A DNA stretch of 64,000 nucleotides from Bacteroides sp. (GTDB lineage Bacteria; Bacteroidota; Bacteroidia; Bacteroidales; Muribaculaceae): NCBI GenBank assembly GCA_014802535.1, contig JAAVCC010000011.1:95315-159314 (forward strand), given 5' to 3'. The notes under the pieces were generated by a model. The model was not told the origin of the DNA and did no database searches. It saw only the letters and a program-made list of their open reading frames with translations. The stretch's first letter is position 1, and each line of letters starts with the position of its first letter. Positions 27,866-37,578 of this stretch are shown piece after piece. Both the position numbers and the translations under genes were made by a program.

Positions 27866-28996
27866 GTGTCACAACAACAGGAAAATTTAAATGAAGATCG
27901 TTTAATTACTCTCGCTATTCACACTCTTGAATATGCTACGACCTTAAAAACGCTTCTTGAAAGTGAAGGAATTATTGTGGAATTAAATAATGTCAATCTC
28001 ACAAATCCAACATTCTCAGCCGGTGTAAGAGTAAGAATTCATGAAAAAGATTTACCGCTTGCTCTTCGTATCGTTGAAAATAGAGAAATATTTGTACTAA
28101 CCCAAAGCAATAAAGAATCAGGACAGGCCGAAACCATTCTTGTACCAACCGACTTTTCTGATCATTCTCTTGAGGCTGCGCGAGCCGCCTTTTATATTGC
28201 ATCAAAACACAATTGTGAAATTCTTTTTCTTCACGCCTACATTGACCCGGCTGTTGATCGGAACATACAGCTGAGAGATGTTTACACTTTTGATTATAAA
28301 ACTGATAGTGAAGAATCAAAACTTCTTGCCCAGAATGAAGAAAAGGCAATGAGTAAATTTATCGATAAGATAAAAGCTCAAATAAAAAACGGATGCCTTC
28401 CGGCTGTTAAATTTAAATCGGTCACAACTGAAGGCGTGCCCGAGGAAGTCATTATAAGCTATGTCAAAGAAAACGATCCATATCTTATCGTGATGGGTAC
28501 TCGTGATGCAGAACGCAAAGAACGTGAATTAATCGGTAGTGTAACAGCCGAAGTGCTTGACTCTTGTCGAAACGTTACAATGACCATACCGTCTAACTGC
28601 AAAATTGAAGATATCAATAAAATATCTGAAATAACATTTTTTGCAAATCTTGATCAAAACGATATCATTGCCATTGATTCGCTTCTTAGATTTTTACCTG
28701 ATTTTAGTGCAACTATAAATATAATGCACATAACAACAAAACGTGATGTATTATTGAATGCCGATCGTGCTGTATCAAATCTGGTAGATTATTGTCAAAA
28801 AAATTACCCGACCTTGAAGTTCAAAAAAATCAAGCTTGATCCACATCTGATCGACCAACAAATCCAATCAACAAAATCTCAATTATTTGTTGTTGCCAAC
28901 CGTAAACGTAATATGATTGCCCGTATATTTAATCCGGCACTCCCCCATCGTTTACTTTTCCGCATAGATATTCCAATGCTTGTCATACCTGTATAA
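27866..28996 (+). CDS. Universal stress protein family protein (tandem Usp domains with an N-terminal extension)
   Basis: ILVPTDFSDHSLEAARAAFYIA...LIVMGTRD...GSVTAEVL, plus a second Usp-like half. GTG start as in the ORF track. Confidence 0.65.
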   Translation: MSQQQENLNEDRLITLAIHTLEYATTLKTLLESEGIIVELNNVNLTNPTFSAGVRVRIHEKDLPLALRIVENREIFVLTQSNKESGQAETILVPTDFSDHSLEAARAAFYIASKHNCEILFLHAYIDPAVDRNIQLRDVYTFDYKTDSEESKLLAQNEEKAMSKFIDKIKAQIKNGCLPAVKFKSVTTEGVPEEVIISYVKENDPYLIVMGTRDAERKERELIGSVTAEVLDSCRNVTMTIPSNCKIEDINKISEITFFANLDQNDIIAIDSLLRFLPDFSATINIMHITTKRDVLLNADRAVSNLVDYCQKNYPTLKFKKIKLDPHLIDQQIQSTKSQLFVVANRKRNMIARIFNPALPHRLLFRIDIPMLVIPV

Positions 28997-29110
28997 TATC
29001 AGGTGATTTATATTATCATTACAGGCGGTTTTATAATTATTTAACATAATTATCTTATACAACAGAACTGCCGACCTGCAAAAATATTTGGCTATATCAT
29101 GAAAAATACC

Positions 29111-29118
29111 TACCTTTG
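29111..29118 (+). promoter_or_regulatory. -7 box TAccTTTG for rpsF-rpsR-rplI
   Basis: Perfect match 41 nt before the ATG at 29159. Confidence 0.55.
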
Positions 29119-29158
29119 CAGTCGTTTTTACAACCAATTAACAACAATTATTTAAAAC

Positions 29159-29524
29159 ATGAAGTACGAAACCGTTTTCATTTTAACTCCCGTTTTGTCT
29201 GATGCTCAGATGAAGGAAGCGGTAGAAAAGTTCACTAAAGTGTTGACTGACAATGGTGCAACAATTGTGAACGAAGAACTTTGGGGTTTGCGCAAACTTG
29301 CTTATCCCATCCAGAAAAAATCTACCGGATTTTACACACTTGTTGAGTTTGATGCCGATCCTACAATCGTAAAAAAACTCGAAACCTCTTTTCGCCGTGA
29401 CGAACGCGTTCTCCGTTTCTTGACTTTCCGTCTTGACAAGTACGCTGCTGAATATGCCGAAAAACGTCGCAGCCTCAAAAAAGGAGAAACTACTACTAAT
29501 AACGAAGCTAAAAAGGAGGACTAA
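29159..29524 (+). CDS. rpsF: 30S ribosomal protein S6
   Basis: [15 protein letters not shown]...[12 protein letters not shown], and the conserved rpsF-rpsR-rplI order. Confidence 0.95.
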   Translation: MKYETVFILTPVLSDAQMKEAVEKFTKVLTDNGATIVNEELWGLRKLAYPIQKKSTGFYTLVEFDADPTIVKKLETSFRRDERVLRFLTFRLDKYAAEYAEKRRSLKKGETTTNNEAKKED

Positions 29525-29527
29525 ATC

Positions 29528-29797
29528 ATGGCACAAGCTCAATCAGAAATACGCTATCTCACTCCCCTCTCAGTTGATGTAAAAAAGAAAAAATACTGCC
29601 GTTTCAAACGTAGCGGTATCAAATATATCGACTATAAAGATCCCGAATTCCTTAAAAAATTCCTTAACGAACAGGGCAAAATTCTTCCCCGCCGTATCAC
29701 CGGTACTTCTCTCAAATTCCAGCGTCGTGTAGCTCAAGCCGTTAAACGTGCTCGTCACCTCGCTCTTCTGCCCTACGTTACCGACTTGATGAAATAA
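29528..29797 (+). CDS. rpsR: 30S ribosomal protein S18
   Basis: CRF...[53 protein letters not shown]. Confidence 0.95.
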   Translation: MAQAQSEIRYLTPLSVDVKKKKYCRFKRSGIKYIDYKDPEFLKKFLNEQGKILPRRITGTSLKFQRRVAQAVKRARHLALLPYVTDLMK

Positions 29798-29822
29798 CCC
29801 CTTAAAGCACTGAGTATATAAT

Positions 29823-30266
29823 ATGAAAATTATTCTTAAAGAAGACGTTCGCAACCTTGGATACAAGGATGACGTTGTTGAAGTTAAGGACGGTTATGGC
29901 CGCAACTACTTGATTCCTACCGGTAAAGCCGTAATCGCATCACCCTCTGCTCTTAAGGTTCTTGCTGAAGACCAGCGTCAGCGTGCTCACAAGCTCGCTA
30001 AAATCAAAGCTGATGCCGAAGCTCTTGCTCAGTCACTTCAGGGTGTTAAACTCTCAATTGGCGCTAAAACAAGCTCTACCGGTACAGTTTTTGGCTCGGT
30101 TAACGCAATTCAGATTGCTGAAGCTCTTGAAAAACTTGGCTTCAACATCGACCGTAAAATTGTCGACATCAAAAATCCGGTCAAAGAAGTTGGCGAATAC
30201 ACTGCTATTGTACGCCTTCACAAGGATGTAACTGTCGAAATTCCCTTTGAAGTTGTCGCTGAATAA
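29823..30266 (+). CDS. rplI: 50S ribosomal protein L9
   Basis: MKIILKEDVRNLGYKDDVVEVKDGYGRNYLIP. Confidence 0.95.
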   Translation: MKIILKEDVRNLGYKDDVVEVKDGYGRNYLIPTGKAVIASPSALKVLAEDQRQRAHKLAKIKADAEALAQSLQGVKLSIGAKTSSTGTVFGSVNAIQIAEALEKLGFNIDRKIVDIKNPVKEVGEYTAIVRLHKDVTVEIPFEVVAE

Positions 30267-30290
30267 TTTAGCGATTATATAACTTTACTC

Positions 30291-30331
30291 ATCGGGTTGT
30301 TATGCAACACATAACAACCCGATATTTTTTT
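30291..30331 (+). terminator. Rho-independent terminator after rplI
   Basis: A 13-bp stem atcgggttgttat/ataacaacccgat followed by a T-run. Confidence 0.8.
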
Positions 30332-30356
30332 ACTTGCTTTGTTCCTTATAATTTCT

Positions 30357-30364
30357 TATCTTTG
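30357..30364 (+). promoter_or_regulatory. -7 box TAtcTTTG for the Smr-to-sbcD operon
   Basis: Perfect match 30 nt before the ATG at 30394. Confidence 0.5.
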
Positions 30365-30393
30365 CATTCTAACATAACTTCAAGATTTATAGT

Positions 30394-31497
30394 ATGGCAA
30401 AAATTGGAGACATCGTTCGCTTTTTAAATAGTACAGGTGGAGGCAGAATTGCATCTATCAACGGAAATATTGCAAATGTTATTGATGAAGACGGCTTTGA
30501 AACACCGGTGCTTCTTCGTGAAATTGTAGTAGTGAGTTCGGGTGATAATTCTGTTCCGACATCCAAAGTCTTTGGTCCTTCGTCAAAAGAGCTAAGTATA
30601 CAACCCTCTCCGGTTGTAAATACAACCCCCGACATCGTTACATCCAAATCAGCAGAACCTGAGATACAACTCCAAGTTGAAGAAACTCCGGGAGGTGATA
30701 AATTAAATATTGTCCTTGCATTTGAGCCGGAGAATATAAAAGAATTGTCATCGACAACAATTGATACATATCTTGTTAATGACTCAAATTATTATCTGTT
30801 TTTTACCTATATGACCCGTTCGGCAGATAGCCCGGAATGGACTACCCGATATGCCGGAACAGTTGAACCTAATATACAACTCTATCTTGGCGAACTTTTA
30901 AGAGATAATATTAACGAGATTGATCATATTGCATTGCAATATATAGCTTTTAAAAACGATAAAACGTTTGAAGCCAAACAACCGTCGTTAATATCTGTCA
31001 AATTTGACAACACCAAATTCTTTAAGTTGCATTGCTATAAATCTAATCCATATTTTGATAAAGAAGTTCTTGCTATTGATATTGTTAAAGATGACAATCC
31101 ATTTAAAGAACTTAAAATCGACTCAAATAGTCTTGAGAAGGAATTAAAAAGCAAAATCAGAGCCGATAAAACAATAAAAAGACCGGTCGTAAAACATTCT
31201 GAAAAAAGAAACAACGATATTATTGAAGTTGATCTTCATATCGCCGAACTTGTTGACACGACACGTGGTCTTTCAAATGCCGATATGTTGAATTTGCAAG
31301 TTGATGAATTTCGACGTGTTATGGATTCCAATCTCAAAAATCACGGACAAAAAATTGTATTCATTCACGGAAAAGGCGAAGGTGTTCTCCGTCAAGCCTT
31401 AATGAAAGAGTTAAATTATCGTTATAAAGGGCACCTTGTTCAAGATGCTTCGTTCCGTGAATATGGTTATGGCGCAACTCAAGTAACTATAAAATGA
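30394..31497 (+). CDS. Smr domain protein (N-terminal DUF2027-like region)
   Basis: C-terminal Smr signature: EVDLHI...QKIVFIHGKGEGVLRQAL. Confidence 0.75.
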   Translation: MAKIGDIVRFLNSTGGGRIASINGNIANVIDEDGFETPVLLREIVVVSSGDNSVPTSKVFGPSSKELSIQPSPVVNTTPDIVTSKSAEPEIQLQVEETPGGDKLNIVLAFEPENIKELSSTTIDTYLVNDSNYYLFFTYMTRSADSPEWTTRYAGTVEPNIQLYLGELLRDNINEIDHIALQYIAFKNDKTFEAKQPSLISVKFDNTKFFKLHCYKSNPYFDKEVLAIDIVKDDNPFKELKIDSNSLEKELKSKIRADKTIKRPVVKHSEKRNNDIIEVDLHIAELVDTTRGLSNADMLNLQVDEFRRVMDSNLKNHGQKIVFIHGKGEGVLRQALMKELNYRYKGHLVQDASFREYGYGATQVTIK

Positions 31498-32273
31498 TAG
31501 TTTGTTTCTCAGGCACGGGTAATAGTCTCGCAGTGGCTAAAGAGGTATTGAAACATATCCCATCTCACAGATTGTTTCGACTTGACCATTCCAATGCAGC
31601 GCGTATATCAGACGAGTTTGTCGAAGATAAGGAAATCATCTGGATTTTCCCAACATACTCGTGGGGTATCCCGCCTGTTATAAAAAATGCAATTGAGTCT
31701 TTTTGCGGATCTGATAAAACCATTCACCATATGATAACAACTTGTGGTGATGATATTGGAAATTGTGCTTCTCAGTGGCGCAGATTAATGAAACGTCATA
31801 ATTTCATTACCGGAGCTGCGTTCTCGGTTCAAATGCCAAATACCTACATCAACATGAAGGGATTTGATGTGGACAATCAGGCTCTTGAAAATGAAAAGGT
31901 TGCACAAATGCCCGAACGTGTCAAACATATTTGTGACACAATCAAATCATATACGGGAACACCGATTGATGATGTAGTCAAGGGGGCTATTCCTCGTTTA
32001 AAAACTTCGGTTATATATCCGTGCTTCAAAAAATACGAAATAAATCCGGCAAAATTCAATGTTGATAAAGAGACTTGTCTATCTTGTCGATTATGCGCCT
32101 CTCGTTGTCCTCTCGATAATATTACAATGGACCATAATTTACCCAAATGGGGTGACAACTGTACAATGTGTCTGAGATGCTATCACCACTGCCCTACAAA
32201 GGCAATTAACTATGCCGGCAAAACATTAAAAAAGGGGCAATATACCCGATTTAAAAATTTATTAGGGGAATAA
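31494..32273 (+). CDS. EFR1-family ferredoxin (flavodoxin-like N-terminus + 2x[4Fe-4S] C-terminus)
   Basis: MIVCFSGTGNS at the N-terminus and CLSCRLCASRCP...CTMCLRCYHHCP at the C-terminus. ATGA overlap with the Smr gene. Confidence 0.7.
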   Translation: MIVCFSGTGNSLAVAKEVLKHIPSHRLFRLDHSNAARISDEFVEDKEIIWIFPTYSWGIPPVIKNAIESFCGSDKTIHHMITTCGDDIGNCASQWRRLMKRHNFITGAAFSVQMPNTYINMKGFDVDNQALENEKVAQMPERVKHICDTIKSYTGTPIDDVVKGAIPRLKTSVIYPCFKKYEINPAKFNVDKETCLSCRLCASRCPLDNITMDHNLPKWGDNCTMCLRCYHHCPTKAINYAGKTLKKGQYTRFKNLLGE

Positions 32274-32278
32274 TTGAT

Positions 32279-33625
32279 ATGATACTGATAGTCGATGATG
32301 ATAAAACAATATGCATGTCTCTTAGTCTGCTTGTCAAACGAGCCGGTTATGAGGCTGTAACCGCCAATAATGCAGATGAAGCGTTAGCGATCGTCCGTAA
32401 AACGCGTCTAAGCCTGATTGTGCTCGATATGAATTATTCTCTTGACATATCAGGGAATGACGGTCTTGAATTACTTAGAAAATGTAAGATTCTTCAACCC
32501 GAGACACCTGTTATTTTAATTACAGCATGGGCTAATGTTCCTCTTGCCGTTGAAGGTATCAAATTAGGAGCATTTGACTTTATGTCAAAACCGATAGACA
32601 GCAACTCTTTTCTTGGTAAAATTGAAACGGCTCTTGCGATGTCAAGCACAGATGCTCCGATTGAGAATATTTCCCGATTTGACCGGTCTGAAATCATTGG
32701 TGAAAATCAACAATTAAAATCAATATTGGCAACAGCCTCTAAAGTTGCCAACACCGACGCATCAGTTCTGATTCTTGGTGAAAACGGTACAGGTAAAGAA
32801 TTGATTGCTCGTGCGATACATAATGCGAGTAAACGTGCATCCTCACCATTTGTGATGGTCAACCTCGGAGGAATTTCTCAGTCACTGTTTGAGAGCGAAA
32901 TGTTTGGTCATGTTAAAGGAGCATTTACAGGTGCGGTATCTGATCGAAAAGGTCGGTTTGAAATGGCTGATAAAGGTACAATTTTTCTTGATGAAATCGG
33001 AGATTTAGATTTGAGCTGTCAAGTAAAACTGCTTCGTGTGCTACAACAGCACACCTTTGAACCGCTTGGAGACAGTCATACCCGCCATGTCGATTTTCGA
33101 TTAATCTCTGCGACAAATGCCAATCTAAGTGAAATGGTTGCCAATCATACATTTAGAGAAGATTTGTTTTACAGAATTAACCTTATCACTCTTAATTTGC
33201 CACCACTGCGTGAAAGGCGTGATGATATTCCACTCTTAGTTAAACATTTCGTTAATCTTGCATCAAAAGCTAATGGAAAGGACACGCCTGAGATATCATC
33301 AGATGCGATGTCATATCTTGCCAATCTGCCATATCCCGGCAACATTAGAGAACTTAAGAATATAATTGATGGAGCAACACTCGTATTCAACGGTAAATAT
33401 CTGGAGACTAAAGACTTTGAGAGATTTATTGTTAATCACTCATCTGATATCGAAGTGTCAGACTCTAAATCTAATTCAGGAGAAACTCTTGACGATATGG
33501 AGCGGAATGCAATCATCAGTGCTCTTGAAAAATATGATGGTAATTTATCGAAAGTTGCTACAGTTCTTGGCATAACCCGCCAATCGCTCTATCGACGACT
33601 TGAAAAGTTTGATATAAAATTATGA
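32279..33625 (+). CDS. Sigma-54-dependent response regulator (NtrC family)
   Basis: A receiver domain (LIVLDMNY), the AAA+ motif GENGTGKE, the GAFTGA loop (KGAFTGA), and a C-terminal Fis-type HTH. Confidence 0.9.
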   Translation: MILIVDDDKTICMSLSLLVKRAGYEAVTANNADEALAIVRKTRLSLIVLDMNYSLDISGNDGLELLRKCKILQPETPVILITAWANVPLAVEGIKLGAFDFMSKPIDSNSFLGKIETALAMSSTDAPIENISRFDRSEIIGENQQLKSILATASKVANTDASVLILGENGTGKELIARAIHNASKRASSPFVMVNLGGISQSLFESEMFGHVKGAFTGAVSDRKGRFEMADKGTIFLDEIGDLDLSCQVKLLRVLQQHTFEPLGDSHTRHVDFRLISATNANLSEMVANHTFREDLFYRINLITLNLPPLRERRDDIPLLVKHFVNLASKANGKDTPEISSDAMSYLANLPYPGNIRELKNIIDGATLVFNGKYLETKDFERFIVNHSSDIEVSDSKSNSGETLDDMERNAIISALEKYDGNLSKVATVLGITRQSLYRRLEKFDIKL

Positions 33626-34929
33626 TCGGTAAAATTTCATTATTTCTTTTGACTGTCACCGTCATTTTATGGGGATGTTTGACATTGTCGGAGATTGCAA
33701 CTGCGCCATTATACAATGCGTGTTTTATTTTTATATCGCTTCTTTTGATATATATTTTGTATCGTTCAACCACCCTCCCACTTTCAAAAGTTATTAGCGG
33801 ACTTGACCTCTTAAAATCACAAGATACGGCAAACCGACTGTCAAAGGTGGGGCAACGGGATGCCGACTCTATCGTTTCTTTGTTCAATTCTCTTATGCAA
33901 TCTCTAAGAGATGAACGTTTAAAAGTACAAGAACAGGATCATCTGATTGATATGTTAATCCATACATCATCAATTGGCGTTGCAATTCTAAACTATGATA
34001 ATGAAATTGCTATCACAAACGACAAAATGGCTCAATTGATAGGAGCCGAAAACAGTCAGGCTATTATTGGGAAAAAACTCATCCGGCTCAATTCAACTCT
34101 TGCAACTCATCTTGACAATATGGCACCCGGCGATTCTAAAACAATTAGAATTGAAGGAACATCGGTTCTGAAATGTACTTGTAGCAGTTTTATTAGAAAT
34201 GGTTTTCCGATTAAGTTTTATATAGTGGAACTTCTTACTGATGAGATTATTCAAACTGAAAAAGCAGCTTATGGTCGCGTTATAAGAACTATGGCTCATG
34301 AAGTCAACAACACAATCAGTGGATTAGTCACTGTGCTTGACATTATAACGGCAATCCATCCTAATGAGTCTGAAATAACCGAAGTTGCACAGAGCGCAAT
34401 TCAACGTTGCAGTTCGTTGGCTGAATTTGTGAAATCATACTCAGACGTTATGAAAATTCCACAACCTGTTTTGCAATCGGTTGACATCAATGAATTAATC
34501 ATTTCTATGACACCTTTTCTTGAATCAATAGTCGGTAAAAAAGCTAAAATACAATTTGAGCTATCACCAAATCAGGCTATTGCAAATATTGATAAAGTAT
34601 TGATTGAACAAACTATTGTAAACATCGTAAAAAATTCGGTAGAAAGTATCAATACGACTTCAAAAGATGATGGTATAATAACGATTACTACATATGATAA
34701 TCCGTCTAAAATTATCATTACCGACAATGGAAATGGAATACCTGACGATGTTTCACAATATATATTCACCCCGTTTTTTACAACAAAAAGAAACGGTCAC
34801 GGACTCGGTTTAATGTTTGTAAACGAAACATTACGCAACCATAATTGTGATTTTAAACTTTCAACATCAAAGGAAACCGGGTTAACCTGTTTTTCAATTA
34901 CATTCCCAAAAGTATTTGATCAAAAATGA
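33622..34929 (+). CDS. Sensor histidine kinase (2 TM + PAS-like + HisKA/HATPase)
   Basis: H-box MAHEVNNTISGL, G1 DNGNGIP, G2 GHGLGLMFV. ATGA overlap with the regulator gene. Confidence 0.85.
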   Translation: MIGKISLFLLTVTVILWGCLTLSEIATAPLYNACFIFISLLLIYILYRSTTLPLSKVISGLDLLKSQDTANRLSKVGQRDADSIVSLFNSLMQSLRDERLKVQEQDHLIDMLIHTSSIGVAILNYDNEIAITNDKMAQLIGAENSQAIIGKKLIRLNSTLATHLDNMAPGDSKTIRIEGTSVLKCTCSSFIRNGFPIKFYIVELLTDEIIQTEKAAYGRVIRTMAHEVNNTISGLVTVLDIITAIHPNESEITEVAQSAIQRCSSLAEFVKSYSDVMKIPQPVLQSVDINELIISMTPFLESIVGKKAKIQFELSPNQAIANIDKVLIEQTIVNIVKNSVESINTTSKDDGIITITTYDNPSKIIITDNGNGIPDDVSQYIFTPFFTTKRNGHGLGLMFVNETLRNHNCDFKLSTSKETGLTCFSITFPKVFDQK

Positions 34930-36152
34930 AGATAATTCATACATCAGATTGGCATATAGGGTTATCTTTCTATAACTATTCACGTGATGATGAACATCGT
35001 CATTTTGCCAAACAATTAGCTAATGAGATTAACCGCATAAAACCTGATGCACTGATTGTAGCCGGAGACATTTTTGATGTTGCAGTTCCGACTATTCAGG
35101 CTCAAAAACTTTTGGTTGAGATTTTAACAACGCTTCATGATGCGTGTCCGACAATGAAAATCGTTCTAATTGCCGGGAATCATGACAGTGCGTCACGTCT
35201 TGATATTCACGCCCCACTCTGGCACAATATAAACGTTGATATTATCGCCGGAGTCAATATCGACAAACCGGCTGATACTCATATTATTAAAGTTATATCG
35301 TTCGACGGCAAACTGCTCGGAAATATCGTCGCGGTTCCCTACATCGCTGAATATAACTATAGCAGATATGGACTGCCGTCAACCGATACAGATGAAACTC
35401 CTGAAAAATTAATTCAAAATTTTCATCAATATTTGCTTAATGAGGCGCAAAAAGACAATGTTCCGGTTGTCATGACAGCTCATCTTGCCATTTCAGGCTC
35501 TGATGCTCTGAGTCATGATCAATCAAAACTCAGCTATCATTCTATCGATATGATGGGAAACGGATATGATTATCTTGCGTTAGGACACATTCATCATCCA
35601 TCTACTATCGCTCGAGGCAACTCATTGGCTCGTTATTGTGGTTCTCCGTTTAAACTATCTTTTGACGAAGATTTCAATCATACGGTATCAGTAGTAAATA
35701 TTGAGTCGCATGGAGAAAAACCCGATGTGACTGAAATTGAAATTGCACCCTTAAAAAAGTTAATTATATTTCCCGAAAAGCCGACTGATAGTCAATCTAC
35801 TATCGAATTAATCAGAAACATTCAACCGTCAAACGAAGATTATATTAGAATTGACATTATAAGTGATAAACCGGTAGATGTATCAGTTCGTCATAAAATC
35901 GAGGAAACTGTCAGCGAAAAAGGTTATCGATTCTGCCTCGTTAACACAATTCCTTCAAAATCAGAAAAAAATGACGAGATAAAACCGATATTGCTTTCAG
36001 CCGAATCTATTCGCAAAGCCAATCCTATTGAAATTGCACGTAATTATTATGCCATAAAATATAACGGACAACCGTTGCCCCAAAACATTGAAAAATGTAT
36101 TCAGACTGCAATTAATCTATCTGACACAGAATTACGTGAAGAAAATTGTTAG
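34926..36152 (+). CDS. sbcD: Exonuclease SbcCD subunit D (Mre11-like nuclease)
   Basis: MKIIHTSDWHIG, AGDIFD and GNHDS calcineurin-like phosphoesterase motifs, matching my memory of E. coli SbcD. ATGA overlap with the kinase gene. Confidence 0.85.
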   Translation: MKIIHTSDWHIGLSFYNYSRDDEHRHFAKQLANEINRIKPDALIVAGDIFDVAVPTIQAQKLLVEILTTLHDACPTMKIVLIAGNHDSASRLDIHAPLWHNINVDIIAGVNIDKPADTHIIKVISFDGKLLGNIVAVPYIAEYNYSRYGLPSTDTDETPEKLIQNFHQYLLNEAQKDNVPVVMTAHLAISGSDALSHDQSKLSYHSIDMMGNGYDYLALGHIHHPSTIARGNSLARYCGSPFKLSFDEDFNHTVSVVNIESHGEKPDVTEIEIAPLKKLIIFPEKPTDSQSTIELIRNIQPSNEDYIRIDIISDKPVDVSVRHKIEETVSEKGYRFCLVNTIPSKSEKNDEIKPILLSAESIRKANPIEIARNYYAIKYNGQPLPQNIEKCIQTAINLSDTELREENC

Positions 36153-36178
36153 ATGCCTTTAGTTTAAATAAAAAACCG

Positions 36179-36186
36179 TAACTTTG
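36179..36186 (+). promoter_or_regulatory. -7 box TAacTTTG for dedA-rpe-mnmE
   Basis: Perfect match 28 nt before the ATG at 36214. Confidence 0.5.
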
Positions 36187-36213
36187 CACTAAATTAAAAA
36201 AAACAATCCATTT

Positions 36214-36909
36214 ATGATTGACCTACTTATTAATCTATCAATATCTGATTATTTCAGTGCGGCATACCTTTTCCAATGGTTTGTCGATCATGCCAACTAC
36301 TGGTTTGTTTTCATCTTCATGGTAATTGAAAGTTCATTTATTCCGTTTCCCTCTGAAGTTGTCATTCCGCCCGCCGCATATCTTGCTGTTGCTCAGGGTT
36401 CATCAAGCGACATGAATATATATGGAGTTGTGGGATTTGCCACCCTTGGAGCAATCGTTGGAGCTCTTATAAACTATTATCTGTCTCTGTGGGTAGGACG
36501 ACCAATTGTATATGCGTTTGCCAACAGCCGAATTGGACATGCTTGCATGATTGATGAAGCTAAAGTTGAACATGCCGAACAATATTTTGATCGTCATGGC
36601 GCGATATCTACATTTATCGGAAGACTCATTCCTGCTGTCAGACAACTTATTTCAATTCCCGCCGGACTCGCACGTATGAATATAGTAAAATTCATCATAT
36701 TCACCGGACTTGGAGCCTTGACTTGGAACATTATACTTGCGGTTCTCGGATTTTGGCTTGCTAAAACCGTTGCACTCCCCGATCTATTTGATAAAGTCGA
36801 ACAATATAACTCATATCTTACAATTGCCGGATATTCTCTATTGGCAATATGTATCATTTTTATTGCCTACAAAGCAATCAGTCATAAACCCGACCATAAA
36901 AAAATATAA
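36214..36909 (+). CDS. DedA-family membrane protein
   Basis: IESSFIPFPSEVVIPPAAY and GRLIPAVRQLISIPAG signatures, plus several TM helices. Confidence 0.85.
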   Translation: MIDLLINLSISDYFSAAYLFQWFVDHANYWFVFIFMVIESSFIPFPSEVVIPPAAYLAVAQGSSSDMNIYGVVGFATLGAIVGALINYYLSLWVGRPIVYAFANSRIGHACMIDEAKVEHAEQYFDRHGAISTFIGRLIPAVRQLISIPAGLARMNIVKFIIFTGLGALTWNIILAVLGFWLAKTVALPDLFDKVEQYNSYLTIAGYSLLAICIIFIAYKAISHKPDHKKI

Positions 36910-36915
36910 ACTACA

Positions 36916-37560
36916 ATGCTAATAGCCCCTTCAATATTGTCGGCCGATTTTGCCAACTTGGCAAAAGATGTCGAAATGGTTAACCAAAGTGACGCCGATT
37001 GGTTTCATATCGACGTTATGGATGGCGTGTTTGTACCCAATATTTCCTTTGGATTTCCAGTTATAAAAGCTATTCAGAAATACGCTCGCAAACCGCTTGA
37101 CGTCCACCTGATGATTGTTGATCCCGACCGATATATAGGTGCCGTTCGCGATTGTGGAGCCGAGATAATGAACATTCATCAAGAGGCTTCAACCCACCTA
37201 CATCGTTCGTTACAAGCCATTAAAGCAGCCGGAATGAAAGCCGGCGTTACACTGAATCCGGCAACACCATTGGTTATGATTGAAGATGTAATTGAAGATG
37301 CCGATGTCATCATGCTAATGGGTGTCAATCCAGGGTTTGGAGGTCAATCATTTATCAATGCGACAGTCGATAAAATGAAACGACTACGCCAAATGGTTGA
37401 TAAGCTTGACAATCCCCCATTGCTCGAAATAGACGGAGGCGTTAATGCGACCACAGCACCCCTACTACGCGATGCAGGTGCCGATGTCTTGGTTGCCGGA
37501 AGCTATGTATTCTCATCTCCCGACCCGACCGACACAATCAAAAAACTGAAACAATTTTAA
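36916..37560 (+). CDS. rpe: Ribulose-phosphate 3-epimerase
   Basis: APSILSADF, HIDVMDG.FVPN, GFGGQ.F and DGG motifs. Confidence 0.95.
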   Translation: MLIAPSILSADFANLAKDVEMVNQSDADWFHIDVMDGVFVPNISFGFPVIKAIQKYARKPLDVHLMIVDPDRYIGAVRDCGAEIMNIHQEASTHLHRSLQAIKAAGMKAGVTLNPATPLVMIEDVIEDADVIMLMGVNPGFGGQSFINATVDKMKRLRQMVDKLDNPPLLEIDGGVNATTAPLLRDAGADVLVAGSYVFSSPDPTDTIKKLKQF

Positions 37561-37578
37561 AAGCTTTACGCTGACCCA

